Counted from the first letter of the stretch, positions 1 through 10,621 are shown. The stretch: 64,000 nucleotides of DNA from a bacterium (GCA_029559475.1 JAKQBN010000061.1:3488-67487), one strand, 5' to 3'. Made by a program: numbers and translations. Notes: generated by a model from the sequence alone, not told the origin.

Positions 1-559
1 CATAAGCGCTTATACATTTTACTGTCCAGTTAGCCGTATTTGTATCTGAAGCCTCATGATATCCATAGTATGTCTGGGTAGGACTCCACATTACTGCATA
101 TAACCTGTCGTTTGAATCTATTTTTAAATTCAAACCATTATTACAATAATAAACTTCAACCTGATCACTCCATTCAATTCCGTTGTATTTTTTGTAGTAA
201 ATTCTGTTACTTTCAGACACATAAACGATATGTATATTATTTTGTGAATCGCATACAGCTTTTGTATCATACAATTTTTCGGTGTTTTCAGGCGTAATGT
301 TTATTGTTTCAGTCCAAGACAATCCGCCGTCTGCTGATTTTCGAAATTCGACATGTCCGCGCCAAACAAAAGGGTCTTCAGTTTCGATCCATCTTATCCA
401 GAAGGCGTATATAACACCGTTGTTATCGACAGTGATCGCCGGGCCTGAATTTGTAGTTGCAGGATAATTTCCGTCTTCTGATAGCTGGATCGGTGTGCTC
501 CAATCGTATTGGGCGAAAAGAGAAAATGTGAGTGTAAGGATAAATAATATGTATTTCAT
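1..559 (-). CDS. Secreted protein with BNR/Asp-box motif (beta-propeller-like), truncated by window edge
   Basis: Manual translation from ATG 559 (GGAGG RBS at 566-570): MKYILFILTLTFSLFAQYDWSTPIQLS...FRKSADGGLSWTE..., open to position 1; signal peptide and SxDGGxxW Asp-box. Not in ORF track. Confidence 0.75.
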   Translation of the reverse strand, partial: MKYILFILTLTFSLFAQYDWSTPIQLSEDGNYPATTNSGPAITVDNNGVIYAFWIRWIETEDPFVWRGHVEFRKSADGGLSWTETINITPENTEKLYDTKAVCDSQNNIHIVYVSESNRIYYKKYNGIEWSDQVEVYYCNNGLNLKIDSNDRLYAVMWSPTQTYYGYHEASDTNTANWTVKCISAY

Positions 560-636
560 AGAGTACCTCCTATTTTTATTTTAAATAATAACCTGTGCTA
601 ACATTCCACTTATATCCCAGCCTGTTTCAAATAATT

Positions 637-2280
637 TTATCTATCTGAGCTATAATATAATAATAACAGATGAAAAAACAAAGAATTATATTTTTCTTTC
701 AATGATTTTCGTTTATTTATCTTCGCTAATATCTCGTAACTGTCAATAGTTCCGTCATATAATTTATCTAACTTAGTTTCTGAAGCAATTAATAGTTCCG
801 CTGTATCTCTGTAATTGTCGTTCTTTTGTTCTTTGAGATAGAATATTGTTCGTTTCAAATTATACTCAGCCATATGCAGCCTGCCTGATGTCTGACAGTT
901 ACATGCGTAAAGGTAGCGGCTTTTTCCGGCATGATAATAGTCTTTCAAATCTTCTGCGAGTCTGATCGATCTTCTCAGACAGGCGGACGATCTTTTTCTG
1001 TCTCCTCTTCTTAAAAAAATATCCGCAAGCATCATGAGCGCATGAAGTTCATAAAATTTGCTTTTAACTTTCACTGCATCTGAAACAAGTATATTAAGAC
1101 ATTTAACGGCTTTTAATAATTCGCGATTTCTGTACTCTATATGAGCTAAATAAAGATATATCGACATTTCTGTTTCTTTAGTGCTGTACTTGAGTGAAGC
1201 GCTCAGGCACCGTGTCAACAGTTGTTCGGCACGTTTAAGATCATTGAGCATAAAGTAATGCACGCCTTTTTTATGATCAAGCCTGAACTTAATGCTTTCA
1301 TTACCGGTTTTTTCAGAATAATCCTTTAACCGGCGGTAAATATCATCTATTGTTCTGCTGTCGTAATATTTGTAATAAACATAAACATTAAAAAGGTTTT
1401 CGAGCGAATTATAGTATTCTCTGACATTACTGTTCGTATTATTATATTCTGCTGCTTCGGTCATTTTTTTAATATAGCTGTCATAATCACCACGAAGGTA
1501 ATTGTGGACCTGCATAATATTCATGCAGTATCCTATTACATTTCTGTCGTGAGTTTCATTAGCAGATTTCATACAGCTGCAGGAATACTCTTCAGCCTTT
1601 GTGTAATCTTTTTCAATTACTGTTAGGCTGTACATTGCTCTAAAATACATATACTGTAATAAAGGATCATCAGTCTCTTTTACAACAGCCGCAGACATTT
1701 CAAGGTACTTCTTCGCTTTTGCAGTATTTAATTGCACTGAGTATATAAGGCTGATATAATAATTGATCTCTGATGCGGTGTTCTTTTCGTAATCTCTTTT
1801 ACAGAATGCCAGAGCAGTTTTAAAATACTGTAACGCTGCCAGATAATCAGCCGCATAATAACAACTCAATCCTTTTGATAACAGCTTTTCTGGATCTTTG
1901 ATTTCTGTTTCAAGTTGTTCCTTTGATATTTCATTGCTTTTAATCTGACCACTTGCAGTTTTCAGCCTTACAGATAATAATGATATGCTGCACTTAAGCT
2001 TGAACTTCTCACGGAGCCGTGTTAAAGTTATTTCAGGATGCGAATCTTTGAATTCTTTTAATTTTGCTAGCAGACCGGAACTGATCTTTTGTTCCTCAGT
2101 ACCGTAGCTCTTTCTGTTTAGACCTGCTTCTCCGTGCTTTCTATATTGTTCAAGCCAGCGGCCTATAGAATTCCGCGGGACATTATATACTGCCGAAGCT
2201 TTTTTTATATTCGTCTGCAGCGCGTAATCGCAGATTTCGGTTTTTAATTCTGCAGGGTATTTATAATTCTTTTTAACCAT
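637..2280 (-). CDS. Transposase-like helix-turn-helix domain fused to a TPR array
   Basis: N-terminal ~105 aa resembles IS3/IS481/IS630-type HTH (ELKTEIC...ASAVYNVPRNSIGRWLEQYRKHGEAGL); remainder is helical TPR-like repeats; no DDE domain. Confidence 0.65.
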   Translation of the reverse strand: MVKKNYKYPAELKTEICDYALQTNIKKASAVYNVPRNSIGRWLEQYRKHGEAGLNRKSYGTEEQKISSGLLAKLKEFKDSHPEITLTRLREKFKLKCSISLLSVRLKTASGQIKSNEISKEQLETEIKDPEKLLSKGLSCYYAADYLAALQYFKTALAFCKRDYEKNTASEINYYISLIYSVQLNTAKAKKYLEMSAAVVKETDDPLLQYMYFRAMYSLTVIEKDYTKAEEYSCSCMKSANETHDRNVIGYCMNIMQVHNYLRGDYDSYIKKMTEAAEYNNTNSNVREYYNSLENLFNVYVYYKYYDSRTIDDIYRRLKDYSEKTGNESIKFRLDHKKGVHYFMLNDLKRAEQLLTRCLSASLKYSTKETEMSIYLYLAHIEYRNRELLKAVKCLNILVSDAVKVKSKFYELHALMMLADIFLRRGDRKRSSACLRRSIRLAEDLKDYYHAGKSRYLYACNCQTSGRLHMAEYNLKRTIFYLKEQKNDNYRDTAELLIASETKLDKLYDGTIDSYEILAKINKRKSLKEKYNSLFFHLLLLYYSSDR

Positions 2281-2387
2281 ACTACAATATGGAATATAAA
2301 AAATAAAATATGTATTTGAAATAAACTAAAATATATTTTAATCGATTTTATGAAGTTCTGAAATAATACTTCATATATCCATAATAA

Positions 2388-5300
2388 CTATTTCATCAGA
2401 ACGAACTTTTTCGTAACCGAAATACCATCTGTTTCGAGCGTATAATAATACACTCCCGAATTCAACCTGCTTCCGTCGAATTCGACAGAATGTATTCCCG
2501 CAACCATTGTACCTTTGGTAAGCTCGGATACAAGCTGTCCGCTTACGTTGTAAACGCGCAGGTTTACATCTCCGGCTTCCTGTATTGCGAACCTGATCTG
2601 GGTAACAGGATTGAACGGGTTCGGATAGTTCTGGTAAAGTACCGCCGTTTCTGGAATCAGATCATCATTGCTGTTAATTCCTGTTGTAGATATTCCGGTA
2701 GCAAGGACATTGTCGATCCATACACAGTTGCTTCCGAATCCCATGCTTGCGTCTCTTGAAAAGATCCATTTGAACTCATGCGCTCCTTCAACAACCCCGT
2801 ATTCAACCTTCGTCCAGTCTGAATTCCCGCTCCATGATTTTATCAGGCTGCCGTCGATATAGAATGAAAGTTTATCGTAGCCGGTTTCTGATGAAATTTT
2901 TCTATAGAAAGCCAGATTTCCGTCTACAATAAAAGTAAGCGTTAGTGATAGCTCGGAGCTCTGCCCGTCCCCGACCGGCCCTGAACACGCACTATAGCTT
3001 CCTTCATAGACTACAGTACTGTCGGCTATCCAGTTCACATCGCCGGACAGCGCCCATCCGTTCTTTGTAAAATCCCCGCTTTCGAATCCGTCCGTGAGAC
3101 CGACAACAACATCATAATCGTATTCAAGTTTTTGTCCCGAACCGGATACGGCCGTCATTTTATATCTGATAAAAGATGAATTCGGGATATTATCGCTGTA
3201 ATAACACTCGAGCTGCACATCCGAGAATGACCCTGCCTCAATGCTGTCTATTTTCACCGGATCTGTTATTGTAACATCGAATCCGGTCAGCTGATCAATT
3301 GAAACGTTCAGATCGTAAACAGGCGCGTGTCCTTTATTCTCTATCCTGAAGATCACCGGCTGAGTCTGCCCCTGAAGAGCTGACTGCTGATTAAAGGAGT
3401 GGGATGAAGATAGAACAGGCGAACAGGCTCTCAGATAAATATCCGAACCGTAAGATCTTTTCGAATAAGTATCGGTCATCTCTATATGCAACTTTATGTT
3501 TTCCTGATCCGGCACAAGAGGGTCAATGCTGAATGATATTTCATTGTTTAACCATGAACCGTCTGATAGAATCGTCAAATCCGAATACGAGCAGCTGTCA
3601 TTTATAAAAGAAATGTATGGGCTTTCGCAAATTGCTTTTAATGTAATTCCCGAACTGCTTTCAAGACCTATGTTCTTTATATTCAGGTTCATTACCGATT
3701 CGGTTCCGTAATAAGCCGAGCTGAACGAATAGCTGTTCACTTTCAGGTAAGGTCCTTCCGGCGGATGCACATTAACAGCTGTCTGTTTCGTCTCAAGATT
3801 GAATCCTGTTACGGTGATTATCACTTCTCCGTCCGGGATCGAATGATAAATAGTCGCATCACCGTTCGCGTCTGTAACTGCAGAAAAATTCACTCCGTTC
3901 TGTGAAAGCGTAACCCTAGCGCCGGCAACAGGCGAACCTCCCGATAATATTCTTGTAGAATAAGCTTCCGGAAATACTGCGTTATTCGTATTTTCTATTA
4001 GCTCCGGAGTATCTGTTCTGACTTGAAGCGACGCATCTCCGAATACCGTCCATGTTTGAATAGTTTCCTGCGCATCTTTGTCGCTGTAGCCTTCAGCCAA
4101 CATAAGAACGCATCCGTTGAGAGCTACGGAACCGAACGTTGTCCTCTGATCTGATTTAGTAGTATTAGTTCCGTTTCCGGGATTTGCTGAATAATCATAT
4201 CCGCCTGTCAGAATATCGTTCATATAGTCCTGACCTTTCATCGGCGGAACCCATGCCTGATTGATAGTCGACATAAGAGTAGCTGCCGCTCCTCCGCCGG
4301 ATTTTCTGAGCCATGCCTCTGCAAAACAGGTTCCAGAATGGAATGCGCCGTTCACGCAGGCGACTGAGAAAATGACCGGAAGTTTTAATCCGTTTGTCGA
4401 GTTGTTAACATTTGTCGAACTGTAGGAACTTGTTACCCAGAATGTTTCGGCACCGTGACCGCAGTAATTGATTATTCCGAGCCCCGAGTTGACGAAATTC
4501 GCCACCTGCGAAGCGGAAGCTGAAGTTCCGTACTGTTCATTCACAGTCGAATATGTAGTCGGAAGAAGTTTATTTTCCTTTATTATATCGATATGATCAT
4601 AATCTATCTCTCCATCGTCTCCGATCCCGCTTCCTTCGTTCGATCCTATTCCCAAACCGTACTTATACCAAGTTGCGGTCAGATCAGGATCTCTTTCGTA
4701 GGCTATAGTTTTATTAACCATTGTAGTTACGTCGGAATTCGAACCGGCGGAAAATCTTCCGATAATGATCTCGGGATATATATCGGTCCCGGCAACGCAT
4801 CCCAGCATCGGATCCATAGGCGCGTTCTGCTCGGTTCCGAGATCGCTCTTTATATCCGACCAGTCTCCGACAAGCTGTACATAAAGTATTTCCGGATTCG
4901 AGACGTAAGCACCGGCTATTAAAGACTTTACATTCGTAAGAGCTGCGACGACAGACTTCGTCACTTTGAAACCACGCTGTCTTTTCCAGTCTATGTAAGG
5001 CTGGATCACGGAACTGTCTCTCGGGGTGCAGATAACTAGAATATCGCCCTCTTCCCCGATCTGATGAGCAAATTTCGGTTCTTTATAATTAATGAATAGA
5101 GATCTGTATATGCCCGACATCGTACGGGTTAAGTTTTGCGGTTTAATTGTAAGAGGATTTGATGATGCCCCTTTATTTTCTGAATAATTAATTTTTATGC
5201 TTTTATATACTCTGAGAATTCTCTTTTCTGAATTATATGCGAAAGGGTATGCAGAAACATTAACGCCCCTTATATCTCTGAATATATAAGGATCGGAATG

Positions 5301-5744
5301 ATCGTAAATGTATGAAGGATACATTTCATCTTTTACTGATGCCGGGTCGGTTTCGTAAGGTATTCTGTCCGGATCCTGATCTCTGTATATTACGCCTCTG
5401 GAAGGCAGGAGCGGATGATCAAGCTTTAATTCTGTATAATCCCCGTATTCCGCAGATAAAACCGCGTCATTCTTATCTCCGATTTGAACAGCCGCGCTTA
5501 TCCTGGGGATCTCCGCGAAACCTTTTTTATTTAATACTGAGCTGCCGTCAAAAACGATCCTTGAAAAATACTGCCCGTTTTTAAAAACTGTTTCCGTTTT
5601 GAAATCATTTACGATAAATAATATTTCGCCGGCATTTATAGAATTCTGTTTGTGCGACACTGAAAAATCTGCCGATAACAGAAACTCTGCAGAACCGGAC
5701 ATCAGTATCGTGGCCATTATGATCGTTCTTGTTAAAATATTCAT
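2388..5744 (-). CDS. Gingipain-like peptidase C25 with propeptide and T9SS-A/FlgD-Ig C-terminal domain
   Basis: VQLVGD, IIIGRFS, NYCGHG (catalytic His), SVACVNG (catalytic Cys), FGDASL; C-terminal LYQNYPNPFNP. Start moved to MNILTRT (5744); ORF track starts at 5786. Confidence 0.9.
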   Translation of the reverse strand: MNILTRTIIMATILMSGSAEFLLSADFSVSHKQNSINAGEILFIVNDFKTETVFKNGQYFSRIVFDGSSVLNKKGFAEIPRISAAVQIGDKNDAVLSAEYGDYTELKLDHPLLPSRGVIYRDQDPDRIPYETDPASVKDEMYPSYIYDHSDPYIFRDIRGVNVSAYPFAYNSEKRILRVYKSIKINYSENKGASSNPLTIKPQNLTRTMSGIYRSLFINYKEPKFAHQIGEEGDILVICTPRDSSVIQPYIDWKRQRGFKVTKSVVAALTNVKSLIAGAYVSNPEILYVQLVGDWSDIKSDLGTEQNAPMDPMLGCVAGTDIYPEIIIGRFSAGSNSDVTTMVNKTIAYERDPDLTATWYKYGLGIGSNEGSGIGDDGEIDYDHIDIIKENKLLPTTYSTVNEQYGTSASASQVANFVNSGLGIINYCGHGAETFWVTSSYSSTNVNNSTNGLKLPVIFSVACVNGAFHSGTCFAEAWLRKSGGGAAATLMSTINQAWVPPMKGQDYMNDILTGGYDYSANPGNGTNTTKSDQRTTFGSVALNGCVLMLAEGYSDKDAQETIQTWTVFGDASLQVRTDTPELIENTNNAVFPEAYSTRILSGGSPVAGARVTLSQNGVNFSAVTDANGDATIYHSIPDGEVIITVTGFNLETKQTAVNVHPPEGPYLKVNSYSFSSAYYGTESVMNLNIKNIGLESSSGITLKAICESPYISFINDSCSYSDLTILSDGSWLNNEISFSIDPLVPDQENIKLHIEMTDTYSKRSYGSDIYLRACSPVLSSSHSFNQQSALQGQTQPVIFRIENKGHAPVYDLNVSIDQLTGFDVTITDPVKIDSIEAGSFSDVQLECYYSDNIPNSSFIRYKMTAVSGSGQKLEYDYDVVVGLTDGFESGDFTKNGWALSGDVNWIADSTVVYEGSYSACSGPVGDGQSSELSLTLTFIVDGNLAFYRKISSETGYDKLSFYIDGSLIKSWSGNSDWTKVEYGVVEGAHEFKWIFSRDASMGFGSNCVWIDNVLATGISTTGINSNDDLIPETAVLYQNYPNPFNPVTQIRFAIQEAGDVNLRVYNVSGQLVSELTKGTMVAGIHSVEFDGSRLNSGVYYYTLETDGISVTKKFVLMK

Positions 5745-5855
5745 CTTTGACTCCGAAAATTTGGCATAAAAGTAATTCATAAGCATTTAAAAATCAATGC
5801 TGAATATCATCTTTGCTATATACTTTTAACCGGTAGAATATAAAGGATAAATTTC

Positions 5856-5884
5856 TTGACTTCAAAAAACTCAAAGTTTATATT
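5856..5884 (+). promoter_or_regulatory. sigma70-type promoter of acpP
   Basis: TTGACT-N17-TATATT. Confidence 0.6.
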
Positions 5885-5925
5885 TCCGGTCTACTGATAA
5901 TTAACAAAAACCAAAGGAGATAGAA

Positions 5926-6162
5926 ATGTCAGTTGAACAGAAAGTCAAAGAAATCATAATGGACGAACTCGGTGTAGATGAAGCTGCGGTAGTTCCTGAA
6001 GCATCTTTTATAAATGATCTCGGCGCAGATTCGCTCGCTACTGTTGAACTCGTTATGAAATTCGAAGACGAATTTGACATAAAGATCGAAGAAGAAGAAG
6101 CAGAAAAGATCACTACTGTTGGTTCAGCGATCGATTTCATAAAAAAACAGCTCGGTGAGTAA
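5926..6162 (+). CDS. acpP: Acyl carrier protein
   Basis: DLGADSL phosphopantetheine motif, 78 aa, acidic, upstream of fabF. Confidence 0.97.
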   Translation: MSVEQKVKEIIMDELGVDEAAVVPEASFINDLGADSLATVELVMKFEDEFDIKIEEEEAEKITTVGSAIDFIKKQLGE

Positions 6163-6189
6163 ATCACGTCTGATTGAATAAATATAAGG

Positions 6190-6219
6190 AATAAGGGAAA
6201 GTATTTTCCCTTATTTTTT
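6190..6219 (+). terminator. Intrinsic terminator after acpP
   Basis: AATAAGGGAAA-GTAT-TTTCCCTTATT followed by T run. Confidence 0.7.
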
Positions 6220-6268
6220 ATAGAATAATACTGGCGAATTAAAAAATACAAAAAAAAGTTGGATTATT

Positions 6269-7510
6269 ATGAAAAGAAGGGTTGTAGTTACCGGAATGGG
6301 TGTCTTCACGGCACTCGGAACAGAAGTTGAAGAATTTTATAATAATCTCCTCAACGGAGTATCGGGGATCAGTACGATCGAACGGTTCGACACTTCAGAA
6401 CTGACAGTGAAGATCGCGGGCGAGATAAAAAATTACGATCCGGAAAAATATTTCGAGAGGAACGAGGCTAAAAGACTGGACAGGTTCACCCAGTACGCCC
6501 TTATTGCTGCAGAGAGCGCGATGAAAGATTCCGGACTTGACCTGAACACAGTGGACAGGGACAAATTCGCTGTGATTACTGCTTCAGGTATAGGCGGAAT
6601 GGAGACATGGCAGGCGAACTACAAGATCATGATGGAAAAAGGAACACGCAGGGTAAGCCCCCTTTTTATTCCGATGATGATCTCCGATATCGCTGCCGGG
6701 AGAATTTCAATTAAATGGGATCTTAAAGGCCCGAACTATTCTCTTACTTCAGCCTGCGCATCATCCGGCCACGCGATAGGAACTGCTTACAGAACTATTC
6801 AGTACGGAGATGCTGATTTCGCGATATGCGGCGGGGCCGAAGCTGTTATTACCGACCTTGCGATAGCGGGTTTCGCGAACATGAAAGCGCTTTCAACAAG
6901 AAATGACGATCCCAAAACCGCCAGCAGACCTTTCGACAGGGACAGGGACGGTTTTGTTATGGGCGAAGGCTCCGGGATGCTGATCCTTGAAGAATATGAG
7001 CACGCGGTAAAAAGAGGAGCAAGAATTTACGGAGAGATCGCCGGTATAGGTTTCTCGGGCGACGCGAAAGACATCGTAGCTCCCGATCCTGAAGGCAACG
7101 GCGCAAAAAGAGCTATGCTTTCTGCGATAAGCGACGCGGGAATAAAGCCGGAAGATATAGATCATATAAATACCCACGGCACCGCCACTCCTCCGGGAGA
7201 TCTTGCAGAAACCATGGGTATTAAAGCGGCTTTCGGAGCTCACGCTTATAATATAGCGGTAAATTCCACTAAGTCGATGACGGGACATCTTCTTGGAGCT
7301 GCCGGAGCGATAGAACTCATAGGCACGATCAAAGCCGTTCAGACGGATACTGTGCATCCTACGATTAACCAGTTCAACCCCGATCCCGCATGCGATCTGA
7401 ATTACACTCCGAATAAATCTATAACTAGAAAAGTCAGATATGCTATAAGCAATACTTTCGGATTCGGCGGGCATAACGCTTCGATACTTGTGAAAAAATT
7501 CGAAGGCTAA
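6269..7510 (+). CDS. fabF: Beta-ketoacyl-ACP synthase II
   Basis: RRVVVTGMG, SACAS, NTHGT, KSMTGHLLGAAG, SNTFGFGGHN. Confidence 0.97.
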   Translation: MKRRVVVTGMGVFTALGTEVEEFYNNLLNGVSGISTIERFDTSELTVKIAGEIKNYDPEKYFERNEAKRLDRFTQYALIAAESAMKDSGLDLNTVDRDKFAVITASGIGGMETWQANYKIMMEKGTRRVSPLFIPMMISDIAAGRISIKWDLKGPNYSLTSACASSGHAIGTAYRTIQYGDADFAICGGAEAVITDLAIAGFANMKALSTRNDDPKTASRPFDRDRDGFVMGEGSGMLILEEYEHAVKRGARIYGEIAGIGFSGDAKDIVAPDPEGNGAKRAMLSAISDAGIKPEDIDHINTHGTATPPGDLAETMGIKAAFGAHAYNIAVNSTKSMTGHLLGAAGAIELIGTIKAVQTDTVHPTINQFNPDPACDLNYTPNKSITRKVRYAISNTFGFGGHNASILVKKFEG

Positions 7511-7512
7511 TT

Positions 7513-8277
7513 TTGTTCGGAAAACTTCTTTCATTTTTAAATTTTTCAAAGAAAAATAATACTCTTGAGCTCCCCGTAAATATCGGGGAGCTTGAATTTA
7601 TACTCGGTCATAAATTCAAGAACAAAGAACTTCTTATCCGCGCTCTGACCCACAGATCATATTCTGCCCAGGATAACGGGAACGGAGAATCGAACGAAAG
7701 GCTCGAATTCCTCGGCGACTCTGTGTTAAGTTTTATCGTAGCTGAATATTTATTCATTAATTATAAAGATAAACCCGAGGGCGATTTAAGCAAGATGCGA
7801 TCTATTCTCGTATCGGGTGAAAATCTCTGCCGGGTAGCGAGAGATATCAGCCTAGGTAAATTCATTCTTGTGAGTGAATTCGAGGAAAGATCCGGCGGAA
7901 GAGATAAGGATTCTCTGCTTGAAGACTGCATGGAATCAGTGATCGGCGCGGTTTATTCCGACAGCGGAATAGAAAAAGCCCGCGAATTGATAAACAGGAT
8001 AATTCTGGATAACTGCGGATCGGTGATCGCCGAAAAAAAGAATACAAATTATAAATCAGAGCTTCTGGAGCTTGTTCAGTCGTTCGGAATAGACCCGCCG
8101 AGATACGAGATAATCAGAGAGGAAGGACCTGAGCACGATAAAACTTTTACCGTAAGCGTGATCGTGAAGGGAGAAACATTAGCCGAAGGGAAAGCGAATT
8201 CGAAAAAGAAAGCGGAACAGATCGCCAGCTCGAATGCGCTTGACAGGATCAACGGCAATCCTGACATACTGAAATAA
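7513..8277 (+). CDS. rnc: Ribonuclease III
   Basis: ALTHRS, NERLEFLGDS, C-terminal dsRBD (NYKSELLE...GPEHDKTF...SKKKAEQ). Confidence 0.97.
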   Translation: MFGKLLSFLNFSKKNNTLELPVNIGELEFILGHKFKNKELLIRALTHRSYSAQDNGNGESNERLEFLGDSVLSFIVAEYLFINYKDKPEGDLSKMRSILVSGENLCRVARDISLGKFILVSEFEERSGGRDKDSLLEDCMESVIGAVYSDSGIEKARELINRIILDNCGSVIAEKKNTNYKSELLELVQSFGIDPPRYEIIREEGPEHDKTFTVSVIVKGETLAEGKANSKKKAEQIASSNALDRINGNPDILK

Positions 8278-8281
8278 AAAA

Positions 8282-8300
8282 AGGCGGTTTTAAACCGCCT
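8282..8300. repeat. Left target-site duplication of IS1182 (19-bp terminator hairpin)
   Basis: AGGCGGTTTTAAACCGCCT, identical to 10027-10045. Confidence 0.9.
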
Positions 8301-10026
8301 CAGACTGTCGAAAAAGTTCTTGAGAAATCAGGGACTTTTTTTTTACATTTGAATTATACACGCACGCATACATTACATATAATGAAATAGATGCAAAATA
8401 CACAATATTTTTCTTGCGTTAGGATTGTTTTATGCTTATATTTCTTGTATAACTGATTTCGGAGAAATTATGCTTAAAAAACAAGAAACAAAACAGTCAG
8501 AAATAGAGATGGTGATCTTGGAAGACCTTATTCCGGAAAATCATCTCTTGAGAAAAATCTCAAAGCATATTGACTTCAGCTTCGTCAGAGACAAGCTCAG
8601 TCCATTTTACTGCGACGACAACGGCAGACCTCCGGTAGATCCGGTAGTATTGTTCAAGATTTATTTTCTGGGATTTTTATACGGGATAAGGTCTGAAAGG
8701 CAACTTATGCGTGAGATAGAAGTTAATCTTGCCTACCGCTGGTTTTTAGGATATAAGATCAATGATCCGGTACCCCACCACTCCACTCTAAGTTTTAACA
8801 GGCTACACCGTTTTCAAGACAGCGATGTTTTTAGAGAACTTTTTGATGAGGTTGTTTTTTTAGCTATCCGGAAAAAACTTGTTACAGGCGAAGTATTATA
8901 TACGGACTCGACCCACTTGAAAGCTAACGCCAACAAGAAGAAGTTCGAAAAGAGGGATGTAGAAGGCACGGCGAAGCATTATCTGGATGAGCTTGAAGAA
9001 GATGTAAACAAGGATCGTCTTCGGCACGGAAAGAAAGAGCTGAATGATAAGCCTAAAGAGTCTGAAGTAAAAGAAGTACGAGTAAGCACTACCGATCCGG
9101 ACAGCGGATATATGTGCAGGGACTTTAAGGAGGAAGGGTTCGCTTATCTTGACCACAGAACAGTTGACGGTAAGCACAATATAATAACTGATGTTCATGT
9201 TACGCCGGGCAATGTTCACGACAGCATACCGTATATAGAGAGACTTGATCATCAGATAAACAGGTTCGGGTTTGATGTTCAAGCAGTAGGTCTTGATGCA
9301 GGCTATAATACGGTCGCAGTATGTCACGGATTAAAGCAGCGCAACATTTATGGAGTACTTGCCTACAAAGCACCGAGCTCAGATAAAGATCACATTAGGA
9401 AGAAATTTTTTACATATGATAAAGAACAAGATATTTATATATGTCCGGAAGGATGCCGCCTTAAATATCAAAACACAGGCAGGGATGGTTATCAGCAATT
9501 TGTGTCTGACCCTGAGATATGCTCAAAATGTCCGAGGCTTGCAGAATGTACAAAGGAGAGGAATCACAGAAAGCTTATAGCTCGGCATGTATGGGAGGAT
9601 GACAAGACAGAGATGGACAAGAACAGGCTTACTGAATACGGGAAAGAAATATACAAACGGCGGAAGGAAACGGTTGAACGAAGCTTTGCTGATGCTAAAC
9701 AGCTTCATGGCTACAGATACGCACGATACCGAGGCATCTTAAGCGTCACTTTCCAATGCATCATGACCGCTATCTGCCAGAACATTAAAAAGATAGCTAA
9801 CTTACTGGATAAAAGACCGGAGACAATAGTGCCTGTGTTATCGTCTAAATTATCAGCCTTAATTTTAGCCTCATATATGCTTATAAACGTACTTTTTGAC
9901 CAAATTGAAAGTGCCACCAATATTTTTAAGAAAAATAAGCGTTGCTTAAAAAGCGGCTAATCAAATCAAAAAATGTTATCTCAAAAAGAAAACCCCCGAG
10001 AAAATCGGGGGTTGTTCTACAATCTG
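8301..10026 (+). mobile_element. IS1182-family insertion sequence
   Basis: Imperfect terminal IRs CAGACTGTCGAAAAA / TTGTTCTACAATCTG, subterminal hairpins (8311-8340, 9991-10013), one transposase, 19-bp flanking direct repeat. Confidence 0.9.
8470..9960 (+). CDS. IS1182-family DDE transposase
   Basis: GRPPVDP, YGIRSERQL, YRWFLG, YTDSTHLKANA, STTDPDSG, LDAGY, Cys-rich insertion, RRKETVERSFADAK; ATG 8470 after GGAG. Confidence 0.95.
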   Translation: MLKKQETKQSEIEMVILEDLIPENHLLRKISKHIDFSFVRDKLSPFYCDDNGRPPVDPVVLFKIYFLGFLYGIRSERQLMREIEVNLAYRWFLGYKINDPVPHHSTLSFNRLHRFQDSDVFRELFDEVVFLAIRKKLVTGEVLYTDSTHLKANANKKKFEKRDVEGTAKHYLDELEEDVNKDRLRHGKKELNDKPKESEVKEVRVSTTDPDSGYMCRDFKEEGFAYLDHRTVDGKHNIITDVHVTPGNVHDSIPYIERLDHQINRFGFDVQAVGLDAGYNTVAVCHGLKQRNIYGVLAYKAPSSDKDHIRKKFFTYDKEQDIYICPEGCRLKYQNTGRDGYQQFVSDPEICSKCPRLAECTKERNHRKLIARHVWEDDKTEMDKNRLTEYGKEIYKRRKETVERSFADAKQLHGYRYARYRGILSVTFQCIMTAICQNIKKIANLLDKRPETIVPVLSSKLSALILASYMLINVLFDQIESATNIFKKNKRCLKSG

Positions 10027-10051
10027 AGGCGGTTTTAAACCGCCTTTTTTT
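10027..10051. terminator. Right target-site duplication / terminator hairpin at the end of rplT
   Basis: AGGCGGTTTTAAACCGCCT followed by T run. Confidence 0.85.
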
Positions 10052-10394
10052 ATCTAACGCTGTCAACGAGCTTTTTGAATCCGGCCGGATCCTCGACTGC
10101 CATTCCGGCGAGCACTTTACGGTCCAGCTCAATATTCTTAACTGAAAGCTTGTGCATGAATTCAGAATACGACATGCCGTTCTCCCTTGCGGCGGCATTG
10201 ATCCTGATTATCCACAGCTCTCTGAATTTTCTTTTCTTTACTTTTCTGTCTCTGTAGGCGTACTGACCCGCCCTCTTCGACGCGTCGTATGCTGCTTCCA
10301 GCAGTTTACCGCGTCTTCCCCAATAACCTTTAACGGCCTTTAAGACCTTTTTTCTGCGGTTACGGGAGGCTACTCTTGTGTTAGCTCTTGGCAT
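10050..10394 (-). CDS. rplT: 50S ribosomal protein L20
   Basis: [33 protein letters not shown]. Confidence 0.98.
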   Translation of the reverse strand: MPRANTRVASRNRRKKVLKAVKGYWGRRGKLLEAAYDASKRAGQYAYRDRKVKKRKFRELWIIRINAAARENGMSYSEFMHKLSVKNIELDRKVLAGMAVEDPAGFKKLVDSVR

Positions 10395-10423
10395 TTTTTC
10401 TCCTTTTTTTTACGATTTCTGTC

Positions 10424-10621
10424 TTACACTCCTGTTAAAAGTGTCCTTACTCTTACGGAATCAACTTCAGACAGAATGTCGCCTCTTCTTGATTTTCTTT
10501 TTCTTTTCTGGGACCTGTTCGAAAGCAGATGGCTTGTGAATGCGGAACCTATCTTTACTTTTCCGCTCGCTGTAAGCCTCATTCTCTTTCTGGCTGCCCT
10601 GTGCGATTTGATCTTTGGCAT
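10424..10621 (-). CDS. rpmI: 50S ribosomal protein L35
   Basis: MPKIKSHRAARKRMRLTASGK; between infC and rplT. Confidence 0.97.
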   Translation of the reverse strand: MPKIKSHRAARKRMRLTASGKVKIGSAFTSHLLSNRSQKRKRKSRRGDILSEVDSVRVRTLLTGV

